A DNA stretch of 63,599 bases, filler included, from Basidiobolus meristosporus CBS 931.73 (lineage: Eukaryota > Fungi > Basidiobolomycota): assembly GCA_002104905.1 (NCBI GenBank). It is 4 parts of 4 records of this genome, joined end to end, with 100 filler letters (N's around TTAATTAATTAA, not from the genome) between each part and the next. Parts side by side here need not be neighbours in the genome. Positions count along the whole stretch, not along the records: positions 33,523 to 54,994 come from MCFE01000989.1; positions 55,095 to 63,599 come from MCFE01001339.1; 2 more parts are not named here. The stretch is one strand, 5' to 3'. The position numbers and the translations under genes were made by a program. Under the pieces are notes generated by a model that saw only the letters and a list, made by a program, of their open reading frames with translations, searched no databases and was not told where the DNA came from. Shown here piece after piece: positions 45,401-57,821 of this stretch (position 1 is the stretch's first letter; every line of letters starts with the position of its first letter).

Positions 45401-46840
45401 AGCTGGAAATGAATTCGAACGCCATTGGCCTTCCGAGCTCAGTAATTGCCTCTTGTACGACTGGGTTACGAATTTCGCAGCATCCGGTATCAACAAACAA
45501 AACAAGCACCCGCTGTTACATGAGACCCATTCACATTTCCATTGCCATGGTCGCTGGCTTTCTAGACCTAATCACTCGGGCAATCCGGTGCCACCTCGGC
45601 TCCACACTCGGATTCTAGCGTGGCGATGACTAGTGGCTTTCCCTAGCGATGGGAGTCTCTCTCGGAGGCTCCAAGTGGTCCATCCTGTAGTAGCTCAACG
45701 AGCCCCCATGATTCCTGTAGTCCATCTGCATTTCATTTGGCGATGCAGTTTCTTCGTCACAAACCCAGGGCAGACGATACCTGCCATCCACTTCAATCTG
45801 TACACACAAGGCCGACTTCGCGCGTTCACGTGATCCACCCAGTTGCCTTCCCTGATGTGGTTGTACTCGTGGCCATTATTGTTCCATCATCAGATAAAAT
45901 GGTAGTGTGGCAGACAATGGATGACGAGCCAGATTTTCTGCAGTCATAATTTAATCACCCGTGTGTGGATTGTGGACGTGTCATGATCATGAGCGTAGAA
46001 AATCATTTCGCCACCCATGAATAGGTGGATTATGCAACGCAATGCTTGGCCCATCTTAATCCTCTTGAACCACTTCTAGTGAATTTCCACAGTCACACCG
46101 TTATTCACCAGGTTTTCACCGCAACTCGCTGCGTTTCCAGTGTAACATGTCCACGCTTTCGTTGACTGAGGAGGTATGTTCCCAGTTCCGTGGGCACTGC
46201 TACGGTTTACTTAGGTTTTGTTGCTCCCTTGCTGAGCGTAGGAGCATTCCGCAACCGAGAAAGAGGGGTCTTTCTTTGATAGTGATGGTATGCCCAGCAT
46301 CTTTGATACCTGTCTCCCGTACCCACATCGCCTTTCTCATCAACGCTTACTTTAACACCCCCCCAGCGGAAGACTCCACCGGTATGAAAAGCGCCAACCT
46401 GCCGTTCCCCATATTCTCCACTGACTTCCAGGAGTACCACCAAAGTAAGGCAGAGTTTATTTGTCTGATCTGGGAGAGAAAGGGGAGGGGGTGGGTTCCT
46501 TTTCCTGTACAACCCGTTCTGATCCGTCTCTAAGACTTAGAGTTGGAGTACAAGCGCGCGAAGCGACGAAACCGAGAGCAAGCAGAAGAGATCGAGGAGC
46601 TGCGTAGACGAACGAAACTTTCCCAGATCCAGATTGAGGCGGCCAAGCAGGAGTTCAAACAGACGCAGTCCCGCAACTCGGAGCTGCTCAGCTATCTGAA
46701 CCAGGTGAAGGCGGGCCTCCTGCCGGTGCTTCTGCGGATCGAGCAGAAGCTGGGGGAGACGGGAGAGGGGCCGCCGGATAGCCAGTGCTCACCGGAGGAG
46801 TTTGTGAGGTATACCCGAGAACTGAGCGCCAAGGTAGCCA
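41642..46840. repeat. 254-bp perfect inverted repeat pair (41642-41895 and 46587-46840)
   Basis: Base-by-base reverse-complement comparison showed no mismatch; flanks diverge. Confidence 0.9.
43113..44756 (-). CDS. Secreted amidase-signature family enzyme, intronless
   Basis: Signal peptide MLTGQLLTLIPFALLAFAQA, KDNIAT, GKANMSE, GGSSSGSGAA, GTDTDGS; the ORF track start at 44831 is a non-ATG extension. Confidence 0.92.
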   Translation of the reverse strand: MLTGQLLTLIPFALLAFAQAEALQSVTPDTLSPNLMAAVDSRWVMPKCGGVKLEEASIDQIQTYLKQGRLTSRQIVQCYLARIKQINPHIRAVIETNPDVLQIADDLDCERKEKGPRGPLHGIPIIVKDNIATDDKMSTGAGSLSLVGSKVPRDAHVVMLLRKAGAIILGKANMSEFADMRASSYSEGWSGRGGQCRSPYNLTQNAGGSSSGSGAAVGANLVTVALGTDTDGSVTSPGNRNMLAGIRPTRGLTSRNGVIPLSSSLDTVGVLAKSVKDAAYVLNVISGVDKRDPVTTNQRKEDYTKYLTKNALQGVRIGIPHKILWQAETTVPMMPTFKKTIGVLRSLGATIVNNTNLPKIDELATTYWSWMPNEFLVSKIDFKEDLNKYLSELVESPVRSLQDIIDYNEAHKDTEMQFFGQDILIESQQTNGKNKAYYKALATNQRNSRQLGIDFALKKWKLDALLLPGDQASAASQPHSVAGYPAITTPVGLDSNGVPYGIMFVGTAWTEAKLMGYAYALESALRIRQTPRFYEIDRTNDTYPIPI

Positions 46841-46869
46841 GGAGGAAGATGAAATCGGAGCAGAGCTGA
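46147..46869 (+). CDS. Coiled-coil protein paralog B (4 exons)
   Basis: MSTLSLTEE|EHSATEKEGSFFDSD|AEDSTGMKSANLPFPIFSTDFQEYHQ|NLELEYKRAK...KMKSEQS; 46-nt exon 2 in both copies. Confidence 0.75.
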
Positions 46870-47740
46870 CCACTTCCATGAAGAATGGATCTACCGATAG
46901 ATATGGGACCGTCGACCAATGTAGCATAGCTGAACGGTCTCGAAGTAATAGGCTGCCTACTTATGCAAGTTATCCCTAAGTTTCTTTAATTATGTAGTCG
47001 TGTTCTTTGTGGTCTTTCGTGCCTTTGTCCATGCTCAGACCACGCGGACACCTCATCGTCACTTGGTGAATGGAAATTGCTTTGGATTAAACAAGTGTTT
47101 ACATTATGATGGTCGATGGATGGGGACCACGGGTGCTCATAGATCAGGCTGCTGCCAATGCCTCCCAAAGAGATACTCTGGGCACTTCAAGGAAGGGAGT
47201 GTTAAGGGGAGACTGGGGATCAGGTGATACATCACCCTTCTTGGATGTAGCACTCGTACTGGGGCGATATGTGATGAAGGGATTCGTTGGATCAAGCACG
47301 GTGGGGGAATCTAGCCTAGCATAATATATAGCCCAACAGATACCAGCGGAAATGACCCAAGTGTTGCCTACACGACGAGGGGGGAGGATCCCCTTGCCCT
47401 GCATCCTGTCTACGCATCCCCACCAAGTCCATCTTGTTCGTTCGGGTGGTGGGAAAGGAGAACCTCGACAAACGTATAACTGGGAAAATCATGCGGTTAC
47501 CAAGAGGGGGATATTCCTTCGCCCAAAGCCGTGAAGGTCATCGTTTTTACTATTCTGAAATGTCCGAGGGATGGGTGGGAGGAAGCAGGTGAGGGAAAGA
47601 CTAAAAAGGTGAGGGAGAGAAGGCGAAAGTGTGAGGAAGGGGAAGAGTGGGGGGGTTGGGAGCTGGGACTGGGGTCGGGGAAAACTGTTGTCGCTTGTTG
47701 GGAGTTCGTTGAGGCCACAAGATACTTCTCGTTGGGAATT

Positions 47741-48634
47741 CTACATGGCCCTGGTCCCGCCCACGTTCAAATCCTGGAAATACACGTGCTGCAGCGCATC
47801 CTTGGCGGAGATTCTAAGGTGTGGCTGATATTGGAGCATCCTGGAGAGCAGGTCGATCCCGTAGGGATCGATCATGGGCAGGGCCTGGCTCAGGCTCTGA
47901 GGGGAGTAGAAGGGGAAATTGTTGCGGAAAGCTGGGAACTGACTGACCCCAGGCCAAGTATGCTCCGAGGGGGTCCCCAACGTACGGAAGATCTTCAGCA
48001 GCTGGTCGTCGTTGGTCGAACCGGGAAAGAGCGGTCTCCCGGTGTACATCTCCGCCATGATGCAACCGGCGGACCAGATGTCGATGGTGGTGGTGTAATT
48101 GCGGGAGCCCAGTAGCACGTCCGGGGCACGATACCACAGGGTGACCACCTCGTTGGAAAAGGTGTTCACCGGGATGCCGAACGCTCTGGCCAACCCGAAG
48201 TCCCCGAGTTTGAGCTCGTGACGGGAGTTGATGAGCAGGTTCTGGGGCTTCAGGTCTCGGTGAAGCACCCGGTTTTCGTGGCAGAACGCAATGCCCCGAA
48301 GTAGCTGGTACAGGAAGGATTTGATGACGAGCGGCTCCAGGGCCCCGTTATTGCCGTAGGCGTCCATGTACTTCTTCAGGTCCTTCTCCAAAAACTCGAA
48401 CACCAGCATCAGCTTGTTCTCGGTGTGGACGACGTCGTGCAGGCGAATGATGTTCGGATGCTTGAGCTCCTTCATCAGGGCGATCTCTCGTATGGCCGTG
48501 GAAGGGGCCCCTTCCTCGGCATCCAGACGGATCTCTTTCAACGCGATAATCTCCCCGTTGACTCGGTTCTTCCCCTTGTACACGGTCGCGTAGGTGCCTT
48601 CGCCTAGTTTTTCAAGTCGATGATACCTGTCCAT
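47741..48634 (-). CDS. PHO85: Pho85/CDK5-type cyclin-dependent kinase, 297 aa, intronless
   Basis: [61 protein letters not shown]. Confidence 0.93.
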   Translation of the reverse strand: MDRYHRLEKLGEGTYATVYKGKNRVNGEIIALKEIRLDAEEGAPSTAIREIALMKELKHPNIIRLHDVVHTENKLMLVFEFLEKDLKKYMDAYGNNGALEPLVIKSFLYQLLRGIAFCHENRVLHRDLKPQNLLINSRHELKLGDFGLARAFGIPVNTFSNEVVTLWYRAPDVLLGSRNYTTTIDIWSAGCIMAEMYTGRPLFPGSTNDDQLLKIFRTLGTPSEHTWPGVSQFPAFRNNFPFYSPQSLSQALPMIDPYGIDLLSRMLQYQPHLRISAKDALQHVYFQDLNVGGTRAM

Positions 48635-50679
48635 TGTTGCGGGGTTCCTACCAGTAGGGTTGTTGGGAAATGAAAGGTGGTGGGGTGGGGTGGGAAAGAC
48701 GGTGTGCGAGGTCTATGGTGGTAAGCAGTGTGTTGGTGGTGAGGAGGGGGCTGGGGGGTGTATTTACTCTAGGTTGCTGAGGGGACCAATGGAACCGATT
48801 TTCTTATAAATTCCTCGCTACTCAGTGTAGGCGCAGTATTGGTACTCGTGTGACTTGGAGAAGATTCGACTGAATCCATTCCATTCCAACCTCCTTCATG
48901 GCGGATCAGATTCGTACGTATCTAGACGGGAGTCCAATCCCTGCGCAGCTTCTCTCTTCCCAATAAATCCGCCATCCCACCCAACCCGCACCATCGAACC
49001 AAGCCCTGGCTGCAATCCGGCCAATGATCGATCCGGCCGAGATGGGGGAGCAGAAATCGGCTCCTGCATCTGGTATAATTGCTTCCTGGTCCAGCACGTA
49101 ATCATACATCCCATTCCCATTCCCATTCCCATTCCCAACCCCGTTCATTAGCCTGCTGCGCTGGCCTACATGGTGTAACCGGACTGGTTGGCGTGCTCTA
49201 GGTGCTGGTGATGCTGATGGCGATGGTGATGGTGATAGTGATGGTGGAGGGGTCCCTCCGCAAGAGACCCAAAATCCACTTTCTCCGCTCCAATCCACTT
49301 GGGGGTGACCGCGGCACAGCCACCCCTACCCATGGCCAGCTGATATTCCCACCCCTGCTCCTGCTCCTTCCCTTGCCCCTACCCTGAGTACCGATTTTGC
49401 CTCGCCTCAAGGTTCTCCAGACCTATCCGTCCAACATCACCGGTTGTAACCCTTTGGATGTGACATCACCCGGTGGAGTTGGACTCTGCTGCGAGATATT
49501 GCGCACACTTTCGCCTAAACCTACACCTACACCTACACTTATTACCTACTCCCAATTGGCAGTCCTTGGTTTTGGCCACAATGCCTAACCCGACTCCGTG
49601 GCTTTTGCTACTTCAAAACACCCATTCAGCTAGTATCCCGTTCTCAACAGCAAGTCTATTGGAACGACTGGGTCAGTCCTGGCGCCGGGCACCAAATTGC
49701 CTAGTGGGCAAGGTGATGCCAAGGGAACCCAGCTGGTTGTATGATAACCTCGGTGGCTCTCAGTGGCCTAGTGTTTCATCCGCTCGTCTAATTGTTGGAC
49801 TACTTAGTAGACATTGTGAACAGTTTGCTGCGAAGTTTGCTCCTATTTATTGATGCCATGGCAATTGGTCACCATCTGAATGGTTCTAGAGTTCAACTGG
49901 CATAGGTCAGGGTGAAGCAGGTACATGGTCTGTAAATCAAGCAATTCTCTAGCCCCCCCAAGTTGACATGAGTTGTGCAACCTTTATGGCCCTTCACCAC
50001 ATTTGTAGTCTACTTACTATACTGGATGAGTGTTTACTCATGGAAAGGGTGTTTTGCTAAGGTTCCTGTGCAGTAGCAATATGCTGCAATGCCTTGTTTA
50101 CCATGGATTTATCCATATACCTTAGATTTTACTGAGTTTGTTACAAAGTCACGGGTGACTTGCTTGAAACGCTGTTTCTTAGGTCATCCATTTACAGGTA
50201 ATAATAAGGCTGTAATGTAATATCAGTAAGAGTGCTATACCAAGGTAGTCCTCACATCACATGAGATAAATGCTGCTCACCAACTCTGAAGATACTCAGC
50301 CACAAAAAGTTGACTGAAATGTACCAGCAGATCATCAGCAAAACACCCTATGAAACTCAGCTTTGGTTTTTTTCATGTGGCATCACCCCCCTCATCTGGT
50401 TTTGCTACTAGTAGGGTAAGCCCAGCACTTCATTTGTTGGTTCTCCCAATATATCACAGCAACCTTCCAATGAATTCTGTTGATTGCTGTTATTGAAGTG
50501 GTATAACAGCATGCCTATGTATCAATTGTTGGTTAAAACACTTTTATGGACATTTGGACACATATGTTGATGTTGTTGCTTTACTGCTATGTGGAGCCTA
50601 TCTCTGTCAATTACCATCAAGGTTAAAATAGTTGCTTGAGAAGTATGTTTTTTGCAACCTTGTCAGACTACAACTGATG

Positions 50680-53600
50680 TAAAATCTGCAATTGCACCTA
50701 AATATTCAACTAATATGGTCATTTAGATCATTACCTATAAATCTTGGTGAATTCTGACCAAATTCCTCATTGGGATTTACCTGCAATATTTCACCAAAAT
50801 ACCAGTTTTCCAGGACATGAAGATTCTCAAAGCTGTCTAACCAGCCCCAAACTTTGCACACATGTTCTTGTAGCCTTCCTCAGCATATTCTATGGGTTTG
50901 CTTTGCTAAGACTATGTAAAATTATCCAATGATTCTTTGGTGGTGCCAGTTGCTACAGCTGCATATCTTATAGATATTATAGGAGTCTTGGAGAAATTGG
51001 AAGTGATTGGGAGAACAAGTAGATTATGGGGCTTTCACTTAATAATTTATTGAATGTAAAGCTAAAAGTTATACTTGTACATGAAACTGTTATGTCAGAC
51101 ACATGGAATAGGTTTAGCAAGGTCACAAGAGCATGTATGCAAAGTTTGGGGTGGTTTGGATAACTTGAGAATTTTCATGTTCTGGGTGCCTGATGTCTTG
51201 GTAAAGATGTTCCAAGTGATTGATAATTATCCTATGATTTTGGGCAGAATCAGCTGCCACAGCTGCATAGCTTGAAAATAGGAGCTATAACTTAACACTT
51301 TGTGATTTAACTCTATTTGAACCATGTTATGGATACAGACCAGGTGCAAAATATCCAGGAATATATGGGTGTATAACATATGACAAGAAACTGCCTGGAT
51401 ATCAGTCAGATTATGAGCCAAAAAGTTTAAAATGAGTATTTTTGGGCTACTGAACTGAGAGTAAGGCATGCAGACTTTACAACAACAAGGCAAAGAAGCT
51501 GATCAAGGCTAACAATGTGCTGTTTCATGACAAGTCAAAATTTCACAAAAAATGACATCAGATCATGACAAGAATCAGATCTCAAGTCCCCCAATTGTCA
51601 AGATTAAATCAGAGCATAACTAAGCAAGTTCCTTTGCCTCAGAGGATTCTACAACCATAGCTCAGCCTGATTCAGTATCCAAGAATATCCCAGAAGTGAT
51701 TATTCTGGTACCACAAGCCAGGAGATCCAACCAGACCAGATATAGCCCAAATTACTATATCAATGAGGGTACAAACCTAGCCATTGCCTATTCAGTCCAC
51801 ATTGCTGACATCCAGACAGTAACCAAGGTCCTAAATGGTCCTCAGGCAAGGTTATGGAGATCTGCAATGACTTGGGAGTATCAGTCCCTGATGGGAAATC
51901 AAACTTGGGACTTGGTTAGATTTCCAGTCAACCAAAAACCAATTGGATGCACATGAGTCTTGAAGTCAAAATATAAGGCTGATAGTACAACTGAAAGATA
52001 TAGAGCAACACTTGTGGCCAAAGGAAGCTCTCAAACAAAATGACTTGACTATACTGATACCTTGGCACCAGTAGCCAAGTGTAATTCCATTAGATCAATA
52101 TTGGCTATCATTGTCAATTGTAAGTTTTTCATAAATCAAATGGATGTATATGCTGTATTTTTGAATGAAGAACTTGAAGAAGATGCATATATGGTCTAGC
52201 CTGCAGGATTTGCTGACCAGATAACTCCCATTTGGTCTGCAAGCTTAAACAGTCTCTATATGGATTCAAACAGTCACTAAGAGCCTAGATCTGAAATATA
52301 GAATCTTATTTCAAATCTATGAGATTCAAAAGGAGTACAGCTGACTATGGCATATACTATAAGCCATATAGAGCAAATTTAGTTCTATTAGCTTTATATG
52401 TGGATGAACTTACTATAGCTGTCAATAGCCTAGACATAATAGAAGAGACTAGATCCAGCATATCTAAGGAGCTCAAGATATCCAATTTAGGAGTGTTTGG
52501 ATTCTGCTTAGGGATAAGGCTTTTCATAGACAGAAGTAGCCAGACAAAGACCTTGAACCAATTCAAGTATATTCAAGATAAACTAAAGAAGCTCCAAATG
52601 GAAGACTGTAAACAGGCTGTTACCCCAATGTAGACAAACCTCAATATGGTCAAAACTCAACCAAATCAAGAGAGCTTGGTTACATCTGCAAGTCCTAACT
52701 TTCCTTATCAATCTGAGGTTGACAGTCTGATGTATATCACACTTGGAATGCCTCCACATATCTCATATTCAGTGAGAGTTGTGGGCCAGCATTATCAGAG
52801 CTGTGGATCTGATCATATTGCAGCAGCTAAGCAGGTTTTTAAGATACCCAAAAGAAGCTACTGATATCTGCCTAAGGCACACTTATAAGGACTCAGAGCA
52901 ACATCTTGTGGGATACACTGATGCTGATTGAGGGCAATATTTTGAAGACAAAAGATCCATCACAGGATAAACCTTTCTCTACTATAAAGGAGCAATTTTA
53001 TGGAATTCAAGAAAGCAACCAACTCTAGCACTTTCTACAACAGAGGCAAAGTATATGGCAGCCCATGAAGCTACTAAGACAGCTTTTTAAAGACTTAGGC
53101 TAATATCAAAAAGCACCTATTACTTTGATTCAAGATAATCAAGGATGTATACAATTAGGTAGAAATCCAACTTTTCATGTTAGAGCTGAGCACATAGTTT
53201 ACTGTCCTACAGATGAAATGATTGCAGACATCTTGACTAAACCATTAGCTAGAGATAAGTTTGAATATCTAAGGTCAAAATTGGGACTAGTCAGTATGCG
53301 CATTTAGTTGAGTGGAAGTACTGTAAAATCTGTAATTCCACCTAGATGTTTATCTAACTTAATCACTTAGATCATGACCTACAAATCTTGGAGAATAATG
53401 ACCAAATTCCTTTTTGGGATCTACTTAGAATATTGTCACTAAAGTATCAGGTATCCAGAACATGAAAACTCTCAAAGCTGTTCAAACAGACCCAAACTTA
53501 GATTACATGTTCCTGGGACCTTCCTAAGCCTATTTAATATAGTCATTATGCCAAGACCATGCAAAATTTTACATACCACTTTTACATTCAATAAGTCATT

Positions 53601-54994
53601 TGGTGAAAACAACATAATCTACTAGGATCTCCCAATCACTTCCAATATCACCATGATTCTTACTACACTTTTGTATATCTGAATATACTTGGGTTGGCTC
53701 AGGATGATAGTCTGAGTACTTCTGTCTATTGGGAGCTTTGTCCTTAAGTGGTAACTGAGCATTCCTAGATTGTGTTGTAAGAGTCTTGGAGATATTAAAA
53801 GTGATTGGGAGAACAAGTAGATAATGTGGTTTTAACTTAATGATTTATTGAATGTAAAAGTAGTATTTATACCTTTACCTGGTCTTGGCATTACAAACAC
53901 GTAGAATAGATTAAGGAAGATACCAAGAGCATGTGTGCAAAGTTTGGGGCTGCTTGGACAACTTTGAGAATTCTCATGTTCTGGGTACCTGGTATTTTGG
54001 TGAAAATATTCTAAGTAAATCCCAACAAGGAATTTGGTCAGTATTCTCTAGGATTTGAAGGTAATGATCTAAGTGACTAAGTTAGGTGAATATTTAGGTG
54101 GAAATACAAATTTTTACAACACTCCCACTCAGCTAGATGTTCATACTGACTAATCCTAATTTTGACCTAAGATATTTAAGTGTGTCTCTAGCTAATGGTT
54201 TAGTAAATATGTCTGTAATCATTTCATCTGTAGGACAGTAAACTAAGCTAACTAAGTTATTCTCTATAGCTTCACGTATGAAATGATGTCTAATGTCTAT
54301 GTGCTTAGTTCTAGCATGAAAAGTTGGATTTCTACCTAATTGTATAAATCCTTGTTTATCCTGAAATTAAATAATAGGCGTTTTTTACATAGGCCTAAAT
54401 CTGTAAAAAGTTTTCTTAACCACATTGCTTCTTTTGTAGCCTCATAGGCTACCATATACTCTGCCTCTGTTGTGGAAAGTGATATGGTTGGTTGCTTTCT
54501 TGAAATCCATGAAATTGCTCCTTTACAGTAAAGAAAGGTGTATCCTGTAGTAGATCTTCTGTCTTCCAAATTTTGTCCCCCATCAGCATCAGGGTATCCC
54601 ACAAAATCCTGTTCTGAATCCTTACAAGTGTATCTCAAAAAGATATCAGCAGTTCCTTATAGGTATCTAAAAATCCGCTTAACTGCTGCAATATGATCAG
54701 ATCTATAGTTCTGATTATGTTGGCTGACAACTCCCACTGAATATGGGATATCTGGACATGTTCTAAGAATAGTATACATCAGACTGCCAATCATAGATTG
54801 ATAAGGAAAGTCAGGGCTTTCAGATGGCACCAAGCTCTCTTGATTTGGTTGAGTTTTGACCAAGTTAAGGTTTGTCTCCATTGGGGTAGCTGCCGGTTTA
54901 CAGTCTTCCATTTGGTATTTCTTTAGTATATCTTGAATATACTTGGACTGGCTTAGGGTGATAGTCTGGGCACTTCTGTCTATGGAGAACTTAA
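50680..54994. mobile_element. Nested copia debris: plus-strand decayed RT-RNaseH (about 51500-53310) with LTR remnants, and minus-strand LTR 53773-54121 with RNaseH/RT (54122-54994)
   Basis: Same family as 30457-32570 (NYYINEGTNLA, LYVDE, STTEAEY, MIADILTKP) with many stops and frameshifts. Confidence 0.85.
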
Positions 54995-55094
54995 NNNNNN
55001 NNNNNNNNNNNNNNNNNNNNNNNNNNNNNNNNNNNNNNTTAATTAATTAANNNNNNNNNNNNNNNNNNNNNNNNNNNNNNNNNNNNNNNNNNNN

Positions 55095-56681
55095 CAGACT
55101 AGGCCACTTATACATGCTTCCAGATATTATGGATTATAAGTCTACCGGTATACACTCTGATCTTTAATACTCAAAGTAATATGGTGACCATTTTGATCAG
55201 TAATCCTGCATCCAAAATTGTCAGAGCTGAAACCAGTTTTGATGCAGAGGCTTTGTTTACTAATAGTAGGTTCTTGGTCACTTCTGGTATATAGAGCACT
55301 TCTCTGAAGGTATATGTGTGGCCTCCTTCACTGCTTCTAAGGCTTACTTGATAGTTCCTTTTTCCTGCTGCATTAAGTGTACTATTGGCCACCAATGAAA
55401 CTTTCTTGATTGGAGTTTCTTGATATGGAGTAAAAAGATCCTTTCAATGTGTGAAGTGCTGAGATACTCCAGAATAGTTATACTATGTCTGAGACTCCTT
55501 GTTTGTGGTCATATTCAGTGGAGATGTGGAAAGTGTATCATCAGCTGTTGTAGCATTTGCATATTCAGGCTTTTTCAGCTGATTATCTCTCTTTTTGAGG
55601 CATTGGTCTGATGTGTGTCCTCTCCTGTTGCGGTAGTGGCTAAACAGATAGCTGTTGCCATTAAAGGGGCTTGAGTACCTTCTTTGTTGGTTATATTGCT
55701 CATTAGAGTATTTCTTCTTCAATCTTGTAGGCACTTGGTTTTCTTGATTATTCATCCAGGAGCCTTCCATATATGTAATGCAAGGTCAAATATTCAGTTC
55801 TGGTGCTGGTACAAGGCCTTATAACCTGTTGTTTATGCTATTCATGATTATAACTATCACATTTTTAACAGTGGTTGGTGCACCAAAAGATTCCATCTCA
55901 TCTGTCAGCAGTGCTTTCTGATGATCATTATTTTCATTACTTCTCCTGGCAGCATCTTTTTTGTAAAGAATTTCTGCCTAAGATACATTCTCTTAGTGGT
56001 TGAGCATGACTGGTAGATATTTTCCAATGCCTTCCAGGTGTTCTTTGCTGTTTTTACTCTGGTGCATTGAATTAGGAATATGTATTTAACATTGAGGCAA
56101 ACATAGTTAAGGCATGTCGTCCTTTATTCTGGTACCTTAAGGCCACATCTTGCTTGCTTTACAAGGGTATTCTTCCCCCATGACAATATCCCAAAGGCCT
56201 CTTTCTTGAAGTAGCATCTTCATCTTTGCCCACACACTTTGTAGTTAAACCCATCCAGCTTTTTAGCAGTGGGAAAAGTTCCAGTAGTAGTAGTAGCAGA
56301 TATTGTAGGGAGTGGCAGCTTGGGGCTCATAACCTGTTGTAAGAGTCTTTGATATGCTAGAAGTGACTGGGAGAGCAAGTAGATTATGTTGTTTTCACTC
56401 AATGCTTTATCAGATGTAAAAGTAGTATTTATACTTTTACATGGTCTTGGCTTAAAAGCACAGAGAATAGGTTGGGAAGGTCCCAAGAGCATGTATGCAA
56501 AGTTTGGGGCTGTTTGACAACTCTGAGAATTCTCATGTTCTGGGTACATGATATATTGGTGAAAGTATTCCAAGTAAATTCCAACAAGAAATTTGGTCAG
56601 TTATTCTCTGAGATTTGTAAGTAATGATCTCTATCACTAGGTTAGGTGAATACTTAGGTATAATTACAAATTTTTACAATA
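55095..56681 (-). mobile_element. 5' part of a copia element: LTR 56335-56681, PBS, decayed gag and protease
   Basis: GGTTATGAGCCC PBS, KLDGFNYKV gag start, decayed knuckle RRGHTSDQC, protease-region REVLYIPEVTKNLL. Confidence 0.8.
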
Positions 56682-57101
56682 ATAAGTATGTTTGGAATTT
56701 TACTTATTTGGGCAAGCCAATTGTTACAATAGGCAGTTACAGTTGGCAGGTTGGAGATATAACAGCTTCTGGTTGATTTGTTGGGGACCAATTGGGTTGT
56801 AGCAGCAAGTGGTGTTTGAATATATTGATGAAGCCTTGGGATTCATTCCAGGAGCCACTGAGCTTGGTAGTGGGAGTAATCTGGGATTGTGCTTGGACAG
56901 AGTTTGGATAGGCTGTTGGGAATTTTAACTTTGAGGTTAAGCAATGAGATTTCTGAGGTCTGAAATGTTCTGTTGAAACTTGGAAAAGGCAACCATAAGG
57001 CCTGTAAAGTTGTGCTCAGGGGTGGACATTACAGGGTAGTAGGAGGCAGAGAAGTCTCCTGGACTTGTTTAGGAATACAGGATATTTTCAGCCAATAAAC
57101 T

Positions 57102-57821
57102 TGTTCTGTTAGATAGTGCCATATTGAGCCGTGGGTGCCAAATGGTGCCATTGCATGCCGGAATGGTATAGGAGACCTAAACTTGGCCACAGAGTGTGAA
57201 ACATGACTCTTCATCTTCATGCAAAGCAGCCCCTGGGTATCACACATTGTGCTGGAGAAACTCCATTTTTTGACCTTTTTTTTGGATCAAAATTGTTCTG
57301 GATGTGTGAGAGCACAGAAGGACTGAAGACATGCATCTAATACTCAATACCCATGGCACTCTGAATCTAGCTCCTGTGGCTTGTATCATGTCACAAAAAT
57401 GCATGGCACTATCTTAGTCCACTGGTACTATCTGGCACTATAAGTGCTTTATATAAGTTTTACTTAAGGGCTAATATCTAAATATAGAGTCTGATAGTAC
57501 CAGTGGACTAAGAGAGTGCCATGCATTTTTGTGACATGATACAAGCCACAGGAGCTAGATTCAGAGTGCTATGGGTATTGAGTACCCAATGCATGCCTTT
57601 AATCTTTTTGTGCTCTTACACATCCTGCACAACATTGATTCAAAAAAAGTCAAAAAGTGGATCTTGTCTGGCACAGTGGGTGAAACACAGGAGCCACTTT
57701 GTATGAAGATGCAGAGCTATATTTTACACTCTGTGGCCAAGTATAGGCTCACTTGGCCTCCTTGGCACAATATGGCACCACCTGGTACTCATGGCTCAAT
57801 GTGGCACTATCCAACAGAACA
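57102..57821. repeat. Long foldback inverted repeat, arms about 330 bp, 60-bp AT-rich spacer
   Basis: Inner arms 57341-57432 and 57493-57584 differ at 2 of 92 positions; outer arms align at roughly 70-75 percent by eye. Confidence 0.85.
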
